Shown in pieces: positions 38,027 to 49,400 of a stretch of 64,000 bases of DNA. The stretch is from Eubacteriales bacterium (GTDB lineage Bacteria; Bacillota; Clostridia; Oscillospirales; CAG-272). Positions within the stretch are counted from its first letter, which is position 1. Each line of letters starts with the position of its first letter. The notes beneath the pieces were generated by a model. That model was not told the DNA's origin. It was given only the letters and a program-made list of their open reading frames with translations, and did no database searches. The stretch is taken from contig JBGVIN010000023.1 of assembly GCA_045123255.1 (NCBI GenBank), positions 7,247-71,246 on the forward strand, written 5' to 3'. A program made the position numbers and the translations under genes.

Positions 38027-40600
38027 ATGAGTGAAAAAGATATAAATACTTTAGATTATGAAAATACCGAGCAAATGATAGTTGGCAGAACTATTGAATC
38101 AAGAGTGCCCGAGGCATTCCTTGAATATTCAATGTCAGTTATCGTTTCCCGTGCGCTCCCTGACGTGCGTGACGGTATGAAGCCCGGTCAAAGGCGCGTT
38201 ATGTACGCGATGTACGAGGACCACTTAACGAGTGACAAGCCGTTTAGAAAATCCGCAACGACAGTTGGTAACGTGCTTGGTAGATACCATCCGCACGGTG
38301 ACCAGTCCGTTTACGGCACTATGGTTAGAATGGCACAGCCCTTCTCACTCAGATACCCACTCGTTGACGGCCATGGTAACTTCGGTAACGTTGACGGTGA
38401 CGGTGCGGCTGCTTACCGTTATACAGAGGCAAGAATGTCAAAGCTCGCAAACGAGCTTATGAGCGATATTGAAAAGGACGTTGTTGACTTCGTTCCTAAC
38501 TTTGATAACTCGCGCAAGGAGCCGACTGTGCTTCCCTCACGCTTTCCTAACTTTTTGGTAAACGGTAGCGTTGGTATTGCGGTTGGTATGGCAACGAACG
38601 TGCCGCCTCACAACCTTGGTGAGGTTATTGACGGTACTATTCACTTAATCGACAACCCCGACTGTACGGTTGCCGACTTAATGGAGCATATCAAGGGTCC
38701 TGACTTTCCGACAAGCGCGACAATTTACGGCAAGCGCGGTATAATCGAAGCATACGAAACGGGTCACGGACGCGTTATGGTTCGTTCAAAGGCAAAGATT
38801 GAGGAGGACCACCACCGTATTATCATTACCGAAATTCCTTATATGGTAAACAAGAGCCAACTCGTTGAAAGAATTGCCGACCTCGTTAAGGAAAAGCGCG
38901 TTGAGGGCATCTCGGGCATCCGTGATGAATCGGGACGTGCAGGAATGAGAATAGTAATTGAATATAAGCGTGATGCAAACGCACAAATTATATTAAACAC
39001 TCTTTACAAAAATACACAGCTTCAGGACACCTGTGCCGTTAATATGCTTGCTCTCGTTAATGGCGAGCCGAAAACGCTTAACCTAAAGCAGGTGCTTGAA
39101 AACTACGTTGAGTTCCAAGAGGAGGTTGTGCTTCGCCGTACTAAGTTTGAACTCGCAAAGGCTAAGGCGGAGGAGCATATTTACGAGGGCTACAAGATTG
39201 CACTTGATAATATCGACGAGATTATTGCAATTATCAGAAGCAGTGCAAGCACACCCGAGGCAAAGGAAAGATTGAAGGAAGCGTTTAATCTCTCCGACGA
39301 GCAGGCGCAGGCAATCGTTGAAATGACTCTCGGCCGTCTTTCGGGACTTGAGCGTCAAAAGATTGAGGAGCGCTTACTCAAGCTTCAGGAAACAATTAAG
39401 GAATTAAACGAAATTATTACAAATCCCGAAAAATTAAAGTCACTTATTAAGGAAGAGCTTTCCGAGATTAAGAGAAAATTTGCAGATCCTCGCCGCACCG
39501 ATATTATCGACAGTGAGGAGGAAATCGACATTGAGGACTTAATTGAGCGTCACGAGTGTGTAATTACGCTTACAAATTCGGGCTATATTAAGAGAATTCC
39601 CGCAGATACCTACTCTGCACAAAAGCGCGGCGGCAAGGGTCTTATCGCAATGCATACAAAGGACGAGGACTTTATTGAAAAGGTTCTTGTTGCAAATAGC
39701 CACGACTACTTACTTATGTTCACCGACAACGGTAAAATTTTCGTTCGTAAGGTATATAGAATTCCCGAGGCTTCAAGAACGGCAAAGGGCTCTAACCTTA
39801 TCAACTTAATTGAGCTTGAAAAGGGCGAGCGCGTAACCGCTATGGTAACGCTTTCCGAGTTTATACACGGCGAATACCTCACTATGGTAACGAAGAACGG
39901 TATTATTAAGCGTACCGATATTGCAGAATACGAATATCAGCGCAAGGGCGGTAAGATTGCAATCAATCTCGACGAGGGTGACAAGCTTATCTTCGTTGGA
40001 CATACAGACGGCACACGCCATATTCTTATTGCTACAAAGAACGGCTATGCAGCACGCTTTGATGAAAACAAGGTTTCAGTAGTTGGCAGAACAGCACGCG
40101 GTGTACGCGGAATTGATTTGCGCGAGGGTGATATAGTTTGCGGTGCGGTTATCGTTGATAACGACAAGCAGCTTCTTACAATTACCGAAAACGGCTACGG
40201 CAAGAAGAGTAATTTTGACGAGTTTGAGCCAAGAAACCGCGGTATTTTGGGTGTAATAGCTCATAATATCAACGAAAAGACAGGCTTGCTTGCTTCTATT
40301 GCCTGCGTTGACGAAACGAAGGACGTAATGCTCATTACAAATGAGGGCGTTATTATAAGAACAGCAACTGACGTTATTCCAACCTACAAGAGAAGCACGA
40401 CGGGCGTTAAGATTATGCGTCTTGACGACGGTGCAATTGTTGCAAACACAACTCTTGTTGATAAGGAAGAGGAAGGCGAAGAGTGCGAGACTGACGAAAA
40501 TTCAGTAGCTACCGAAAGCGTGCAAGAGGTATCGTCAGAAAATGAAGCGGTAGCTGAAAATACCGAAAAAACAGACACTCCTCAAGATGAAAATGAATAA
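38027..40600 (+). CDS. gyrA: DNA gyrase subunit A
   Basis: YSMSVIVSRALPDVRDGMKPGQRR, HPHGDQSVYGTMVRMAQ and AAAYRYTEARMS motifs. It has an acidic C-terminal tail. Confidence 0.97.
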   Translation: MSEKDINTLDYENTEQMIVGRTIESRVPEAFLEYSMSVIVSRALPDVRDGMKPGQRRVMYAMYEDHLTSDKPFRKSATTVGNVLGRYHPHGDQSVYGTMVRMAQPFSLRYPLVDGHGNFGNVDGDGAAAYRYTEARMSKLANELMSDIEKDVVDFVPNFDNSRKEPTVLPSRFPNFLVNGSVGIAVGMATNVPPHNLGEVIDGTIHLIDNPDCTVADLMEHIKGPDFPTSATIYGKRGIIEAYETGHGRVMVRSKAKIEEDHHRIIITEIPYMVNKSQLVERIADLVKEKRVEGISGIRDESGRAGMRIVIEYKRDANAQIILNTLYKNTQLQDTCAVNMLALVNGEPKTLNLKQVLENYVEFQEEVVLRRTKFELAKAKAEEHIYEGYKIALDNIDEIIAIIRSSASTPEAKERLKEAFNLSDEQAQAIVEMTLGRLSGLERQKIEERLLKLQETIKELNEIITNPEKLKSLIKEELSEIKRKFADPRRTDIIDSEEEIDIEDLIERHECVITLTNSGYIKRIPADTYSAQKRGGKGLIAMHTKDEDFIEKVLVANSHDYLLMFTDNGKIFVRKVYRIPEASRTAKGSNLINLIELEKGERVTAMVTLSEFIHGEYLTMVTKNGIIKRTDIAEYEYQRKGGKIAINLDEGDKLIFVGHTDGTRHILIATKNGYAARFDENKVSVVGRTARGVRGIDLREGDIVCGAVIVDNDKQLLTITENGYGKKSNFDEFEPRNRGILGVIAHNINEKTGLLASIACVDETKDVMLITNEGVIIRTATDVIPTYKRSTTGVKIMRLDDGAIVANTTLVDKEEEGEECETDENSVATESVQEVSSENEAVAENTEKTDTPQDENE

Positions 40601-40615
40601 TTCCCGAGGCAAAAG

Positions 40616-41245
40616 ATGGGAAAATTAACTAAAAAATTAACTAAAATAGCTTCGATAGCCCTTATATGTATATTCGTATTTGGGCTAACGGGCTGTACTA
40701 AAAAGCTAAGCAAAAACGAGGCAACAGAAAAGGTTGCAGAGCTTGTTGATGAGTCTTATGAATTAAACGAGATAGTATTCGGCAAGGGACTTGAGTATAT
40801 AGAGACCGAGGAGTTCAAAAACGCAAAATACGCACTCGTTAAGGAAAATAGCAAGTATAACTCCATAAACGATATTCGAGTAGCACTTGACAAGGTTTTT
40901 TCCGAGGATTATTCATTTATTATGAAAACAACGGCGTTTGTCGGTCAAAGCGGCGGTGTTGATTTAACGAGCGTGCCACCGAAATATATCGAAAACGAGC
41001 AGGGCTTTTTGGTGCTTAAAAACGATATCGTGCTTGACGGTAACGTAAGCGTAAACGGAGATAAGCAGGAAATTTCATATAACGGCTTTAAGGTTTATAA
41101 ATACGACACCTCAACCATTGAAATTAAAAAAATATCAAGGCGCTTTATTGAGGCTTATATTACCTCAGAGGGCGGCGAGCAAACAATTTTGGTAACTCTT
41201 ATTTTAGAGGAAAACGGTTGGAGAATTGATTCACCGACGTATTAA
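40616..41245 (+). CDS. Hypothetical lipoprotein
   Basis: A signal peptide with the lipobox LTGC. No recognised family. Confidence 0.6.
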   Translation: MGKLTKKLTKIASIALICIFVFGLTGCTKKLSKNEATEKVAELVDESYELNEIVFGKGLEYIETEEFKNAKYALVKENSKYNSINDIRVALDKVFSEDYSFIMKTTAFVGQSGGVDLTSVPPKYIENEQGFLVLKNDIVLDGNVSVNGDKQEISYNGFKVYKYDTSTIEIKKISRRFIEAYITSEGGEQTILVTLILEENGWRIDSPTY

Positions 41246-41268
41246 AAGTCAATTTGAAGGAGAATAAA

Positions 41269-42372
41269 ATGGCAAAAAAGGCTACAAAGGTAACAAAGGC
41301 AGAGCCTGCCGGAAACGATCAAGAAAAGAAAAAGGCTCTTGAAACCGCACTTTCACAGATTAAAAAGGAATGCGGCGAGGAGTCAATTAGACGTCTCGGT
41401 GACAAGGCAGATATTCAAATAGGTGCAATTTCAACAGGCTCACTTACACTTGACCTTGCCCTTGGCGTTGGCGGACTTCCAAAGGGAAGAATTGTAGAAA
41501 TTTACGGCCCTGAATCATCAGGTAAGACAACTATTGCACTTCACGCAGTAGCGGAAAGCCAAAAGCTTGGAGGCACAGCTGCATTTATCGATGCTGAGCA
41601 TGCACTCGACCCCGTATATGCTAAGGCAATAGGCGTTAATATTGACGAGCTTTTGGTTTCTCAGCCCGACAACGGAGAGCAAGCACTCGAAATTACAGAG
41701 AAGCTCGTTTCCTCGGGTGCGGTTGATATTATAGTCGTTGACTCCGTTGCGGCACTCGTGCCAAGACAGGAAATTGAGGGCTCAATGGGCGACTCCCATA
41801 TGGGACTTCAAGCGCGTCTTATGTCACAGGCACTTCGTAAGCTCTCGGGCGCTATTGCAAAGACAAACTGTATTGTAATTTTTATTAACCAGCTTCGTGA
41901 AAAGCTTAACGTAATGTACGGTAACCCTGAAACGACAACGGGCGGACGCGCCTTAAAGTTCTATGCGTCGGTTAGAATTGACGTAAGAAAGGCGGACACG
42001 CTTAAAAACGGCACGGTTGCATACGGTAATCACGTAAAATGCAAGGTTGTTAAAAACAAGGTTGCACCGCCGTTTACGGTTGCAGAGTTCGATATGATTT
42101 ACGGAAAGGGTATTTCAAAATCCTCCGAAATTATCGATATTGCGCTTGAGCTTGGACTCGTTATAAGAAGCGGCTCTTGGTTCTCATACGAGGGCTCAAA
42201 GATTGCACAGGGCAAGGACAATGCAAGAAAGTATTTTGAGGACAATCCTGAGATTATGGCTGTTCTTGAAGAAAAAATCAAAGAAAAGATGACCAATGGA
42301 GAAGCCACACCCGAAGAGGATTTCGATATCGACAGTGACGATTTCGACCTCGATTCACTTAATTTGGATTGA
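41269..42372 (+). CDS. recA: Recombinase A
   Basis: [25 protein letters not shown] and VVDSVAAL motifs. GAAGGAG is upstream of the ATG at 41269. Confidence 0.97.
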   Translation: MAKKATKVTKAEPAGNDQEKKKALETALSQIKKECGEESIRRLGDKADIQIGAISTGSLTLDLALGVGGLPKGRIVEIYGPESSGKTTIALHAVAESQKLGGTAAFIDAEHALDPVYAKAIGVNIDELLVSQPDNGEQALEITEKLVSSGAVDIIVVDSVAALVPRQEIEGSMGDSHMGLQARLMSQALRKLSGAIAKTNCIVIFINQLREKLNVMYGNPETTTGGRALKFYASVRIDVRKADTLKNGTVAYGNHVKCKVVKNKVAPPFTVAEFDMIYGKGISKSSEIIDIALELGLVIRSGSWFSYEGSKIAQGKDNARKYFEDNPEIMAVLEEKIKEKMTNGEATPEEDFDIDSDDFDLDSLNLD

Positions 42373-42374
42373 TT

Positions 42375-43031
42375 ATGGAAGATAAAATCTATTATAAAGT
42401 TGAGAAAATAAAAAAGACACCCGCAGGCAGAATTTTTTGCATAAAGTCAAATATGGGCACTGTTTTTGAAATGCTTGTTTCAAACGAGCAGTACGAAAGA
42501 TTTGATATTGAAGAGGGCGAGATAATAGATGACGAGCATTTTCTTAGAATAAGAGAGGAAATGCTGTTTGATAACGCTCGTCGCGCGGCATTTTCAATTC
42601 TTTCCTGCGGAGAAAACAACAAAAAGGCACTTACAACAAAGCTTCAAGCTCGCGGTTATTCCTACGAGCTTAGTAAAAACGTCTCCATTTATATGGAGCA
42701 TAGAGGATATATTGACGAGAAAAAGCAAATTAAGCTTCTTTGTCAAAACTACCTTAAAAAGAAGTATGGCAAGCTTAAAATTATAAACGAGCTTGTTGCC
42801 CACGGCTATCAGCGCGAGGACGTGCAGGAGTTTGTAAAGAAAAATCTTGAAAAGGTTAATTTTGCGGAAAACTGCGCCTATATTATCGAAAACAAGTTTA
42901 TGCCGATATCGGGTAATTCCGACGACGTAAAGAAAATGATGGGCACACTCCTTCGCTACGGCTACAATATCGGCGAAATTAAGGACGGAATAAAAATTGC
43001 TATTTACAGGAGCAAGGGCCAAAATGAGTAA
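42375..43031 (+). CDS. recX: RecX-like regulatory protein
   Basis: It lies immediately after recA, with repeated helical RecX-type modules. The ATG at 42375 is preferred over the TTG at 42369. Confidence 0.75.
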   Translation: MEDKIYYKVEKIKKTPAGRIFCIKSNMGTVFEMLVSNEQYERFDIEEGEIIDDEHFLRIREEMLFDNARRAAFSILSCGENNKKALTTKLQARGYSYELSKNVSIYMEHRGYIDEKKQIKLLCQNYLKKKYGKLKIINELVAHGYQREDVQEFVKKNLEKVNFAENCAYIIENKFMPISGNSDDVKKMMGTLLRYGYNIGEIKDGIKIAIYRSKGQNE

Positions 43032-44349
43032 GATAGGATTTGTTTCACTCGGTTGTCCTAAAAATCAGCTTGATACAGAGGTTATGCTCGCTCATTTATA
43101 TAAGGCAGGCTACGAAATAACACCCGAATCAACTGAGGCTGATATTATAATAATTAACACCTGCGCCTTTATCGGTGATGCAAAAAAGGAGTCAATTGAC
43201 AATATTTTAGATATTGCGTGGCTTAAAGAAAACGCAAATCTTAAAGGTATTGTGGTAACGGGCTGTTTGTCCGAAAGATACCGTGATGAGCTGCTTACCG
43301 AATTTCCCGAGGTTGACGCGGTGCTTGGCACAGGAAGCGTACACTCAATAGTTGAGGCGGTTAAAAGGGTAGAGAGCGGCGAGCGCTATTCGGAATATAA
43401 GGACAAAAACGAGGTAGCCTTGGGTGGCGACAGAGCCGTTTTAACAGAGGATAAGGCGTATGCTTACCTTAAAATTTCCGAGGGCTGTAACAACCGCTGC
43501 ACCTACTGTGCAATCCCTTTAATTCGCGGAAAATTCCGCTCACGTCCTATGGACGAAATTATAGAGGAAGCAAAATCGCTCGTTTCTATGGGCATTAAGG
43601 AGCTTATAGTTATAGGTCAGGACACAACCGCATACGGTATTGACCTTTACGGTGAATATAAGCTTGCCGAGCTTCTTTCGCGCTTAGCAAAGGAAACGGA
43701 CGTAAAGTGGCTTCGCATACTTTATTGCTACCCAGATAAGATAACGACGGAGCTTATAAACGAGCTTAAAACAAATGAAAAGCTCGTAAAATACATAGAT
43801 ATTCCCGTACAGCATATAAGCTCAGCGGTATTAAAAAGAATGAACCGCAAGGGTGACGGCGCGCTGATACGTGACGTTATGAAAAAATTGCGCGAAATTG
43901 ACGGTATTGCAATTCGTTCAACGGCGATTGTCGGCTTCCCGGGTGAGAGCGAAGAGGATTTTAACGAGCTTTGCGAGTTCATTCGTGAGGTGAAATTTGA
44001 CCGCTTCGGCGCGTTTACCTATTCGCGCGAGGAGGACACCCCCGCATATAATTTTCCCGATCAAATCGACGAGCAAATTAAGCAGGACAGATACGATATT
44101 TTAATGCGTGAGCAGCTTGCCGTTATAGATGAATATAACGAAAAGAGAATAGGCAAGGAAATTACCGTATTGGTTGAGGACTATGACAAGGTAGAAAAAA
44201 TCTACGTTGCAAGGAGCGAGCACGATGCCCCCGATATTGACGGAAAGATATTCTTTACCGCCAAAAAGCGACACAGGGCAGGAGATTTTGTCAACGTTAA
44301 AGTAATTGAGGTTCTCGATGACTTTGATTTTTTGGCAGAGAAAATCTGA
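43024..44349 (+). CDS. rimO: Ribosomal protein S12 methylthiotransferase RimO
   Basis: MSKIGFVSLGCPKNQLDTE, radical SAM segment EGCNNRCTYCAIP, and a C-terminal TRAM domain. Confidence 0.88.
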   Translation: MSKIGFVSLGCPKNQLDTEVMLAHLYKAGYEITPESTEADIIIINTCAFIGDAKKESIDNILDIAWLKENANLKGIVVTGCLSERYRDELLTEFPEVDAVLGTGSVHSIVEAVKRVESGERYSEYKDKNEVALGGDRAVLTEDKAYAYLKISEGCNNRCTYCAIPLIRGKFRSRPMDEIIEEAKSLVSMGIKELIVIGQDTTAYGIDLYGEYKLAELLSRLAKETDVKWLRILYCYPDKITTELINELKTNEKLVKYIDIPVQHISSAVLKRMNRKGDGALIRDVMKKLREIDGIAIRSTAIVGFPGESEEDFNELCEFIREVKFDRFGAFTYSREEDTPAYNFPDQIDEQIKQDRYDILMREQLAVIDEYNEKRIGKEITVLVEDYDKVEKIYVARSEHDAPDIDGKIFFTAKKRHRAGDFVNVKVIEVLDDFDFLAEKI

Positions 44350-44490
44350 AATTTTTAATAAAAAAACCGTTTTACAGAAAAAAGTGGCACCCTGTGTCTG
44401 AATTTCAACCTCGTGTGCAACATCATTTTGATTAAATTAAATACGGTAGTGTGAAATTTTACAATCACACGCTCCGTGAAAGGAAAAAAT

Positions 44491-45102
44491 ATGAATGTAC
44501 CAAATATTTTAACTATTTTAAGGGCGCTTCTCGTTCCTGTTTTTATAGGCGTGCTTATTTATCTTGAGCCGTTTCCGATAGCTTGCGGACTTATTGCGGC
44601 GGCTGTTTTCGGCATTACCTCACTCACAGATATGCTTGACGGCAAGATTGCAAGAAAGTATAATCTTGTAACAACCTTCGGTAAGGTTATGGACCCACTT
44701 GCAGACAAATTTATGGTTTTCTCTGCTATGATTTCAATTACCGTTAAGTTCTTTGTTTTAGCAAATAAGACTACCTCAGGCGTAAACGAAAAAATTCTTG
44801 CAAACGTGCTTCTTTGGGTAACGACAATTGTTGTCCTCCGTGAGCTTGCAGTAACGTCAGTTCGTCTTGTTTCCGCACAGGGTGGCGGCGGTGTTATCCC
44901 CGCAAACTTCTTCGGCAAGGCAAAGACCGTAACTCAAATTATCGCAATTCTTATCGTTTTACTTGAATATGCGGTAAACGTTGGCTTCGGTGTAAATACG
45001 CTTTGGATTTTAAGCTACGTTTCACTCTTCTTAATGACCTTTATGACAGTGGCGTCGGGTGTAAATTATTTTGTATTAAACGCAAAGTACTTCAAGTCTT
45101 AA
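44491..45102 (+). CDS. pgsA: CDP-diacylglycerol--glycerol-3-phosphate 3-phosphatidyltransferase
   Basis: PNILTILRALLVP and DMLDGKIARKYNLVTTFGKVMDPLADK (CDP-alcohol phosphatidyltransferase motif). Confidence 0.88.
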   Translation: MNVPNILTILRALLVPVFIGVLIYLEPFPIACGLIAAAVFGITSLTDMLDGKIARKYNLVTTFGKVMDPLADKFMVFSAMISITVKFFVLANKTTSGVNEKILANVLLWVTTIVVLRELAVTSVRLVSAQGGGGVIPANFFGKAKTVTQIIAILIVLLEYAVNVGFGVNTLWILSYVSLFLMTFMTVASGVNYFVLNAKYFKS

Positions 45103-45110
45103 TAAATATT

Positions 45111-45137
45111 AAAAGGGACGGCTCAGCCGTCCTTTTT
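45111..45137 (+). terminator. Terminator of pgsA
   Basis: aaaagggacggc-tca-gccgtccttttt. Confidence 0.8.
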
Positions 45138-45290
45138 AGTACTTGGTATTATTGATTTTATCAAAATTGCAAAGTACAACAAAAATTTACAAATAAAGAC
45201 CTTTTTCATATATTGACAATAAAATAGTGCGGTGATATAATAATTTCACAGATAAATTTTTTCTGAAAAAAGCGAAAGGAAGGGCGAAAA

Positions 45291-46223
45291 ATGCAAGATA
45301 TTTTCGAGCAAAGAGAGCAGCTAAACGAGCTTTCAAACAAGGTCGAGGAATACAAAACGTGCCACAAGGACGTTTTGACAAGTAAGGATGAGTATATTGC
45401 CCTTCGCGTAAAAAAGCCACAGGAAAAGGCAATCAAGGACGAAAAAGAACCGTTTTCGACAACGCCTATTAGAATAGGACTTCTCGTCTTACTTCTTTTG
45501 TGCGTGTCAATTTGCGTTTTCGGCTTGGTTGCTTACTGGATTTTACAGCTAATAGGCGTTATTTTGCCTGTTATCAGTATTGTAATAATAGTTTTATCGG
45601 TCATCACTTTAATTATAGGCTTGCTCGGTGCATACGGCGTTTCCTCGTTTGCATTCTTGTTAACTATCGAGGTTGCATATACCTTTATTTCGAGGCAAAT
45701 TTATAAAAAGCGCTTGCAAAAAAACAAGGAAAACAGAGAATTTAACGAAAAGGAATTTCCAATTTTGTGGCAGGAGTATCAAAACGAGGTTGAAAATTTA
45801 ACCCACGAATACGAAAAAACTGTGGCAAGAGCATACCAAAAAATTGACGAGGACGAAGCTTACTTTGAGGAAAACAAGGGTATTATCAATAAAAAATATT
45901 ACCGTGACCTTGACAGAATTATCTCCGTTATCGACGACCAACGCGCGTATAAGCTAAGCGACGCGATAAATCTCGTTATACGCGATAAGCGCCTTGAACG
46001 CACAACATCAAGGGTGAGAAGCCATCACGAAAACGACGTTGGACTTTACCCACTCGATATTGAAAAGAGAATGACAGTGCGCCAATATAACTGTCAGGCG
46101 TGTCCAAAAAAATGCACCTGCATTAAGCTATACTGCCGTATGAACGAATTTTTCGACAAAAAAGAGGACGAAGAAATCGAGGCAGTAATCAGAGAAGCGC
46201 ACCTGACAAACACTTGTCTATAA
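45291..46223 (+). CDS. Hypothetical membrane protein with Cys-rich C-terminus
   Basis: An ORF with AAAGGAAGG upstream, hydrophobic segments (about 3) and the tail YNCQACPKKCTCIKLYC. No recognised family. Confidence 0.5.
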   Translation: MQDIFEQREQLNELSNKVEEYKTCHKDVLTSKDEYIALRVKKPQEKAIKDEKEPFSTTPIRIGLLVLLLLCVSICVFGLVAYWILQLIGVILPVISIVIIVLSVITLIIGLLGAYGVSSFAFLLTIEVAYTFISRQIYKKRLQKNKENREFNEKEFPILWQEYQNEVENLTHEYEKTVARAYQKIDEDEAYFEENKGIINKKYYRDLDRIISVIDDQRAYKLSDAINLVIRDKRLERTTSRVRSHHENDVGLYPLDIEKRMTVRQYNCQACPKKCTCIKLYCRMNEFFDKKEDEEIEAVIREAHLTNTCL

Positions 46224-46229
46224 TACTAC

Positions 46230-46257
46230 AAAAAGCACCGATTGTCGGTGCTTTTTT
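46230..46257 (+). terminator. Terminator
   Basis: aaaaagcaccga-ttg-tcggtgctttttt. Confidence 0.8.
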
Positions 46258-46365
46258 AGTTAAAACGGGATTATAAAAAGAAAATTCTTGGCTTTTGGTT
46301 CTTTTAATATAGTAGTTAATTAGCTAACGAAATCATGATATTATGATATCAAAATTTGATAAAAG

Positions 46366-46396
46366 AAAAGGGCTTCACGAGAAGCCCCTTTTTTAT
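46366..46396. terminator. Bidirectional terminator
   Basis: aaaagggcttc-acga-gaagcccctttttt. Confidence 0.75.
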
Positions 46397-46428
46397 GATT
46401 GTGCCTTAATGTGTCAGCCCTTTTGTTA

Positions 46429-49400
46429 TTAAGCGTTGTATGAGATTACAACGTTACCTCTGTCGGGAACTGCGTTAACGTAAACGAAGCCGTTTTTAAC
46501 GAAGAACTCAACCGCTTCACCGTTTTGTGTAGCTGTGATGTTTTCCTCTGTCCAGGAGTCGTCAACGTCAACCTCGACTGTAAGTGCGTAGTTATACATA
46601 ATGTCGTCGAGTGTATCTGTAAGGTTGAATACAACCTCGCTTTCGCTGCGTGAAATTGTTTCAACGGTTGCACTGAGCTGCTCCTTCATATACTGAATAA
46701 GCTCGGTATATGAGCATACCCAAATGCCTGTTTGTGAAAGGTACTTAAACTTAGAGTTTGTTGAAGCATAAGTTGACCAAATTGTACCGCCTTGACCTAT
46801 CTCGTGCAAGCACTCAACTGTCATACCGCCAACGGTAAGAATTTCGTTGATACCCTTTTCGTATGAGCCAAGAGCTGTGTGGTTCATCTTGTATTGACCG
46901 CCGTCGTCGTTTCTAAATACGAACTCGCCGCCAACTAAGTCGTATGAGCCAACCTCAACCCACTCAAAGTAGTTGTCAAGGAGCTTACCGTTTTCATCTC
47001 TTAATTCAACGTACTTATAAGTGCCCGAGGTAATTCCAACGTCTTTAAGACGGTTAGATTCCGTATCGTAAACGTAGTTTGTGCCAACCTTAGAGTTTTC
47101 AACGTAAACGTATTCGTTTGGAAGCTTGATAAGTGAGTGCGTGCCGCCGTTTTCAACAAACGTGTATTTACCGTTATCATAAGTATATCCGCCGTCTGTT
47201 TTTTCATATTGAGCTTTAGAAAGCTTTTCCCAAACGAGGTTGCCGTTTTCGTCAACCTTTTGCTCGCCTGTTGCTTCGTCAATTACAGGAATTTCAGTAA
47301 CAGCCTTATATTTTTGGCTTGCAATCTTACCGTCCTTAGTAACGAATACGTAAGGACCCTCTGTTTGGTCTGCCTTGGAGATATATGAGTTGAAGTTACC
47401 CCAAGCGCGTCTTGTTGAAATCCAAACAGGCTCGCCTGTTGAGGTGAGAGTATCCTGAGTAAAGATAACCTCGCCTGTTTCAGGGTCAACAGTGATTGAA
47501 CCAACGTAAGCGGATTGACCGTAGCCGTTTGTCTTTAATTCGTCAATTATGTTGTAGAAGTATTTTGAGTTACCGCCGTTACGTGCAGATGCCATAATAC
47601 CCGTTACAAACTCTGAGGTGCTAACTGACGTTGCACCGTTAGGTGTAGCGAATGCGAGAAGTCTTTGACCTGCAAACTTGCTCATAAACCAGTAGTGAGC
47701 GTTGTGTACGTCGGAGATAAGTGAGTTTTCACTGATAACGCCCGAGTAGTAGCCACCGTGAGTATATGAGTGTGAGCCGAGGTCGAGAACGCCTGTCTTG
47801 AAGTATTCCTGCCAGTTTTCAACGTATGCGTCGCAGAAGGTGATTGAAAGAACCGCAGTTGCCTTCCAGCCGTAGTGCTGAAGCTTAGGAATTAACCATT
47901 CGTAAGTGCCGATATAGTTACCGTCGTCAAACGTTTGTGCCCAAGCCGCAGGCGCGTTGTTCTTGTAGGTTGTGATGTTTATATCCTTATACTCGTTATA
48001 GTAATTGGTAATTCTTTCAGCATCACAGTCTGGCTTTAGGCAAACTGAATGCTTTGTGCCTGCATCCGTGCCGCTTGCCGCCGTCAAAATTTCATACTCA
48101 CCCCAAAGGTGTCCGTATGAGTCAATAGCGTCGGTCTTGGTTTGAAGACCGCAGCCATAGCACTCAACGAGTGTGTAGCCTGCATCTGTACAGTTAGGTG
48201 AAACTGTTTCAACTGTCTTAAATGAACCGTGCTTACAGCCTGAGTATTGCTCAATGCCGTTTGGATTTGATGGTGAGCTGATTACCGCTTGCTCAACTGC
48301 TGTAAATGCGGTAAATTCGTAAACGTAGCTCGTCCAATATTCTGCCTCGTGAGCAACAACGAGCTTTATTGATGATGTAAAGCGTTCAATATCAACAGTA
48401 AATATAGCGCGGCTTTCGTTAGCTGTTCCGTTTTTAACGGTTATAATTTCGCCGCTTGCATTCAAGTCACCGCTTGTTCTTGTGGTAATTTCCTTACCTC
48501 TAACAACCTCACAGGTGCTGCCCTTAACCCATTCGCCGTTTTCATCTAAATAATAGATTTCAAACTTCTTATTGTTGTTTCCGGGAACGGCAAATTGAAC
48601 TGCTGCTATGAACATATCCTCAGGAAGAGTAATAGTTGCGAAAACGTCACCTGAGCCGCCCTTTTGGTTGTAGTCGGTCTGCCAATACGTTAAAAGGCTT
48701 CCGTCATAAATCTTTTCACCGCCCGGTGCCCAAGAATTGTACTTACCCGATACGCTATATGAGGATGAGCTTACAAGGTCGGTTACAACGCGCTCGGTAT
48801 TTTCAACGTGAGCCATAACCGAGATATCGTAAATCATAGCAGGAGTATAGCGTGATGAATTCTTAACGGTAAAGCGGAGTGCATCTGTGTTAACAGGAGT
48901 ATCAAGCTCGTATGCAACCGTACCGTTAACGCCTGCAGATACAGCGTTCTTGTCTGAAAGGTTAGCAACGAAAACCCATTCGCCGTCGATAAGTGCCTCA
49001 AGGTCGTAGGAAACGTAGCAGTCCTCACCAAGCTCCCAAGAGTAGTAGTAAGGCACTATCATGCTAATCATACCGATATCAAATTTTTGAGCGAAAGAAA
49101 GCGTAATCGTGTCACCGCTAAAGCTTGCGCCGTCAGCCAAGGTGTCAGCGCACCAGAACGTGCTGGCACTGTTGTCAATTGCCTTGTCAATAGAGCAAAC
49201 GGTATAGTAGGAGGTTGCAAAAATGCCTGCTGTTTTCGCAATATCAACGAATGAAGCGTCAACGTACTTACCGCCTGTATAGGTGTAGTTACCGATGTTG
49301 ATTTCCCAAAGTAAATCCTCCATTTCGGAAACAGGTGGAATATCAAAAATTTGTTGCTTGCCGCAAACGTCGCAAATCTTTGCCTCTTGTCCACCGGTGT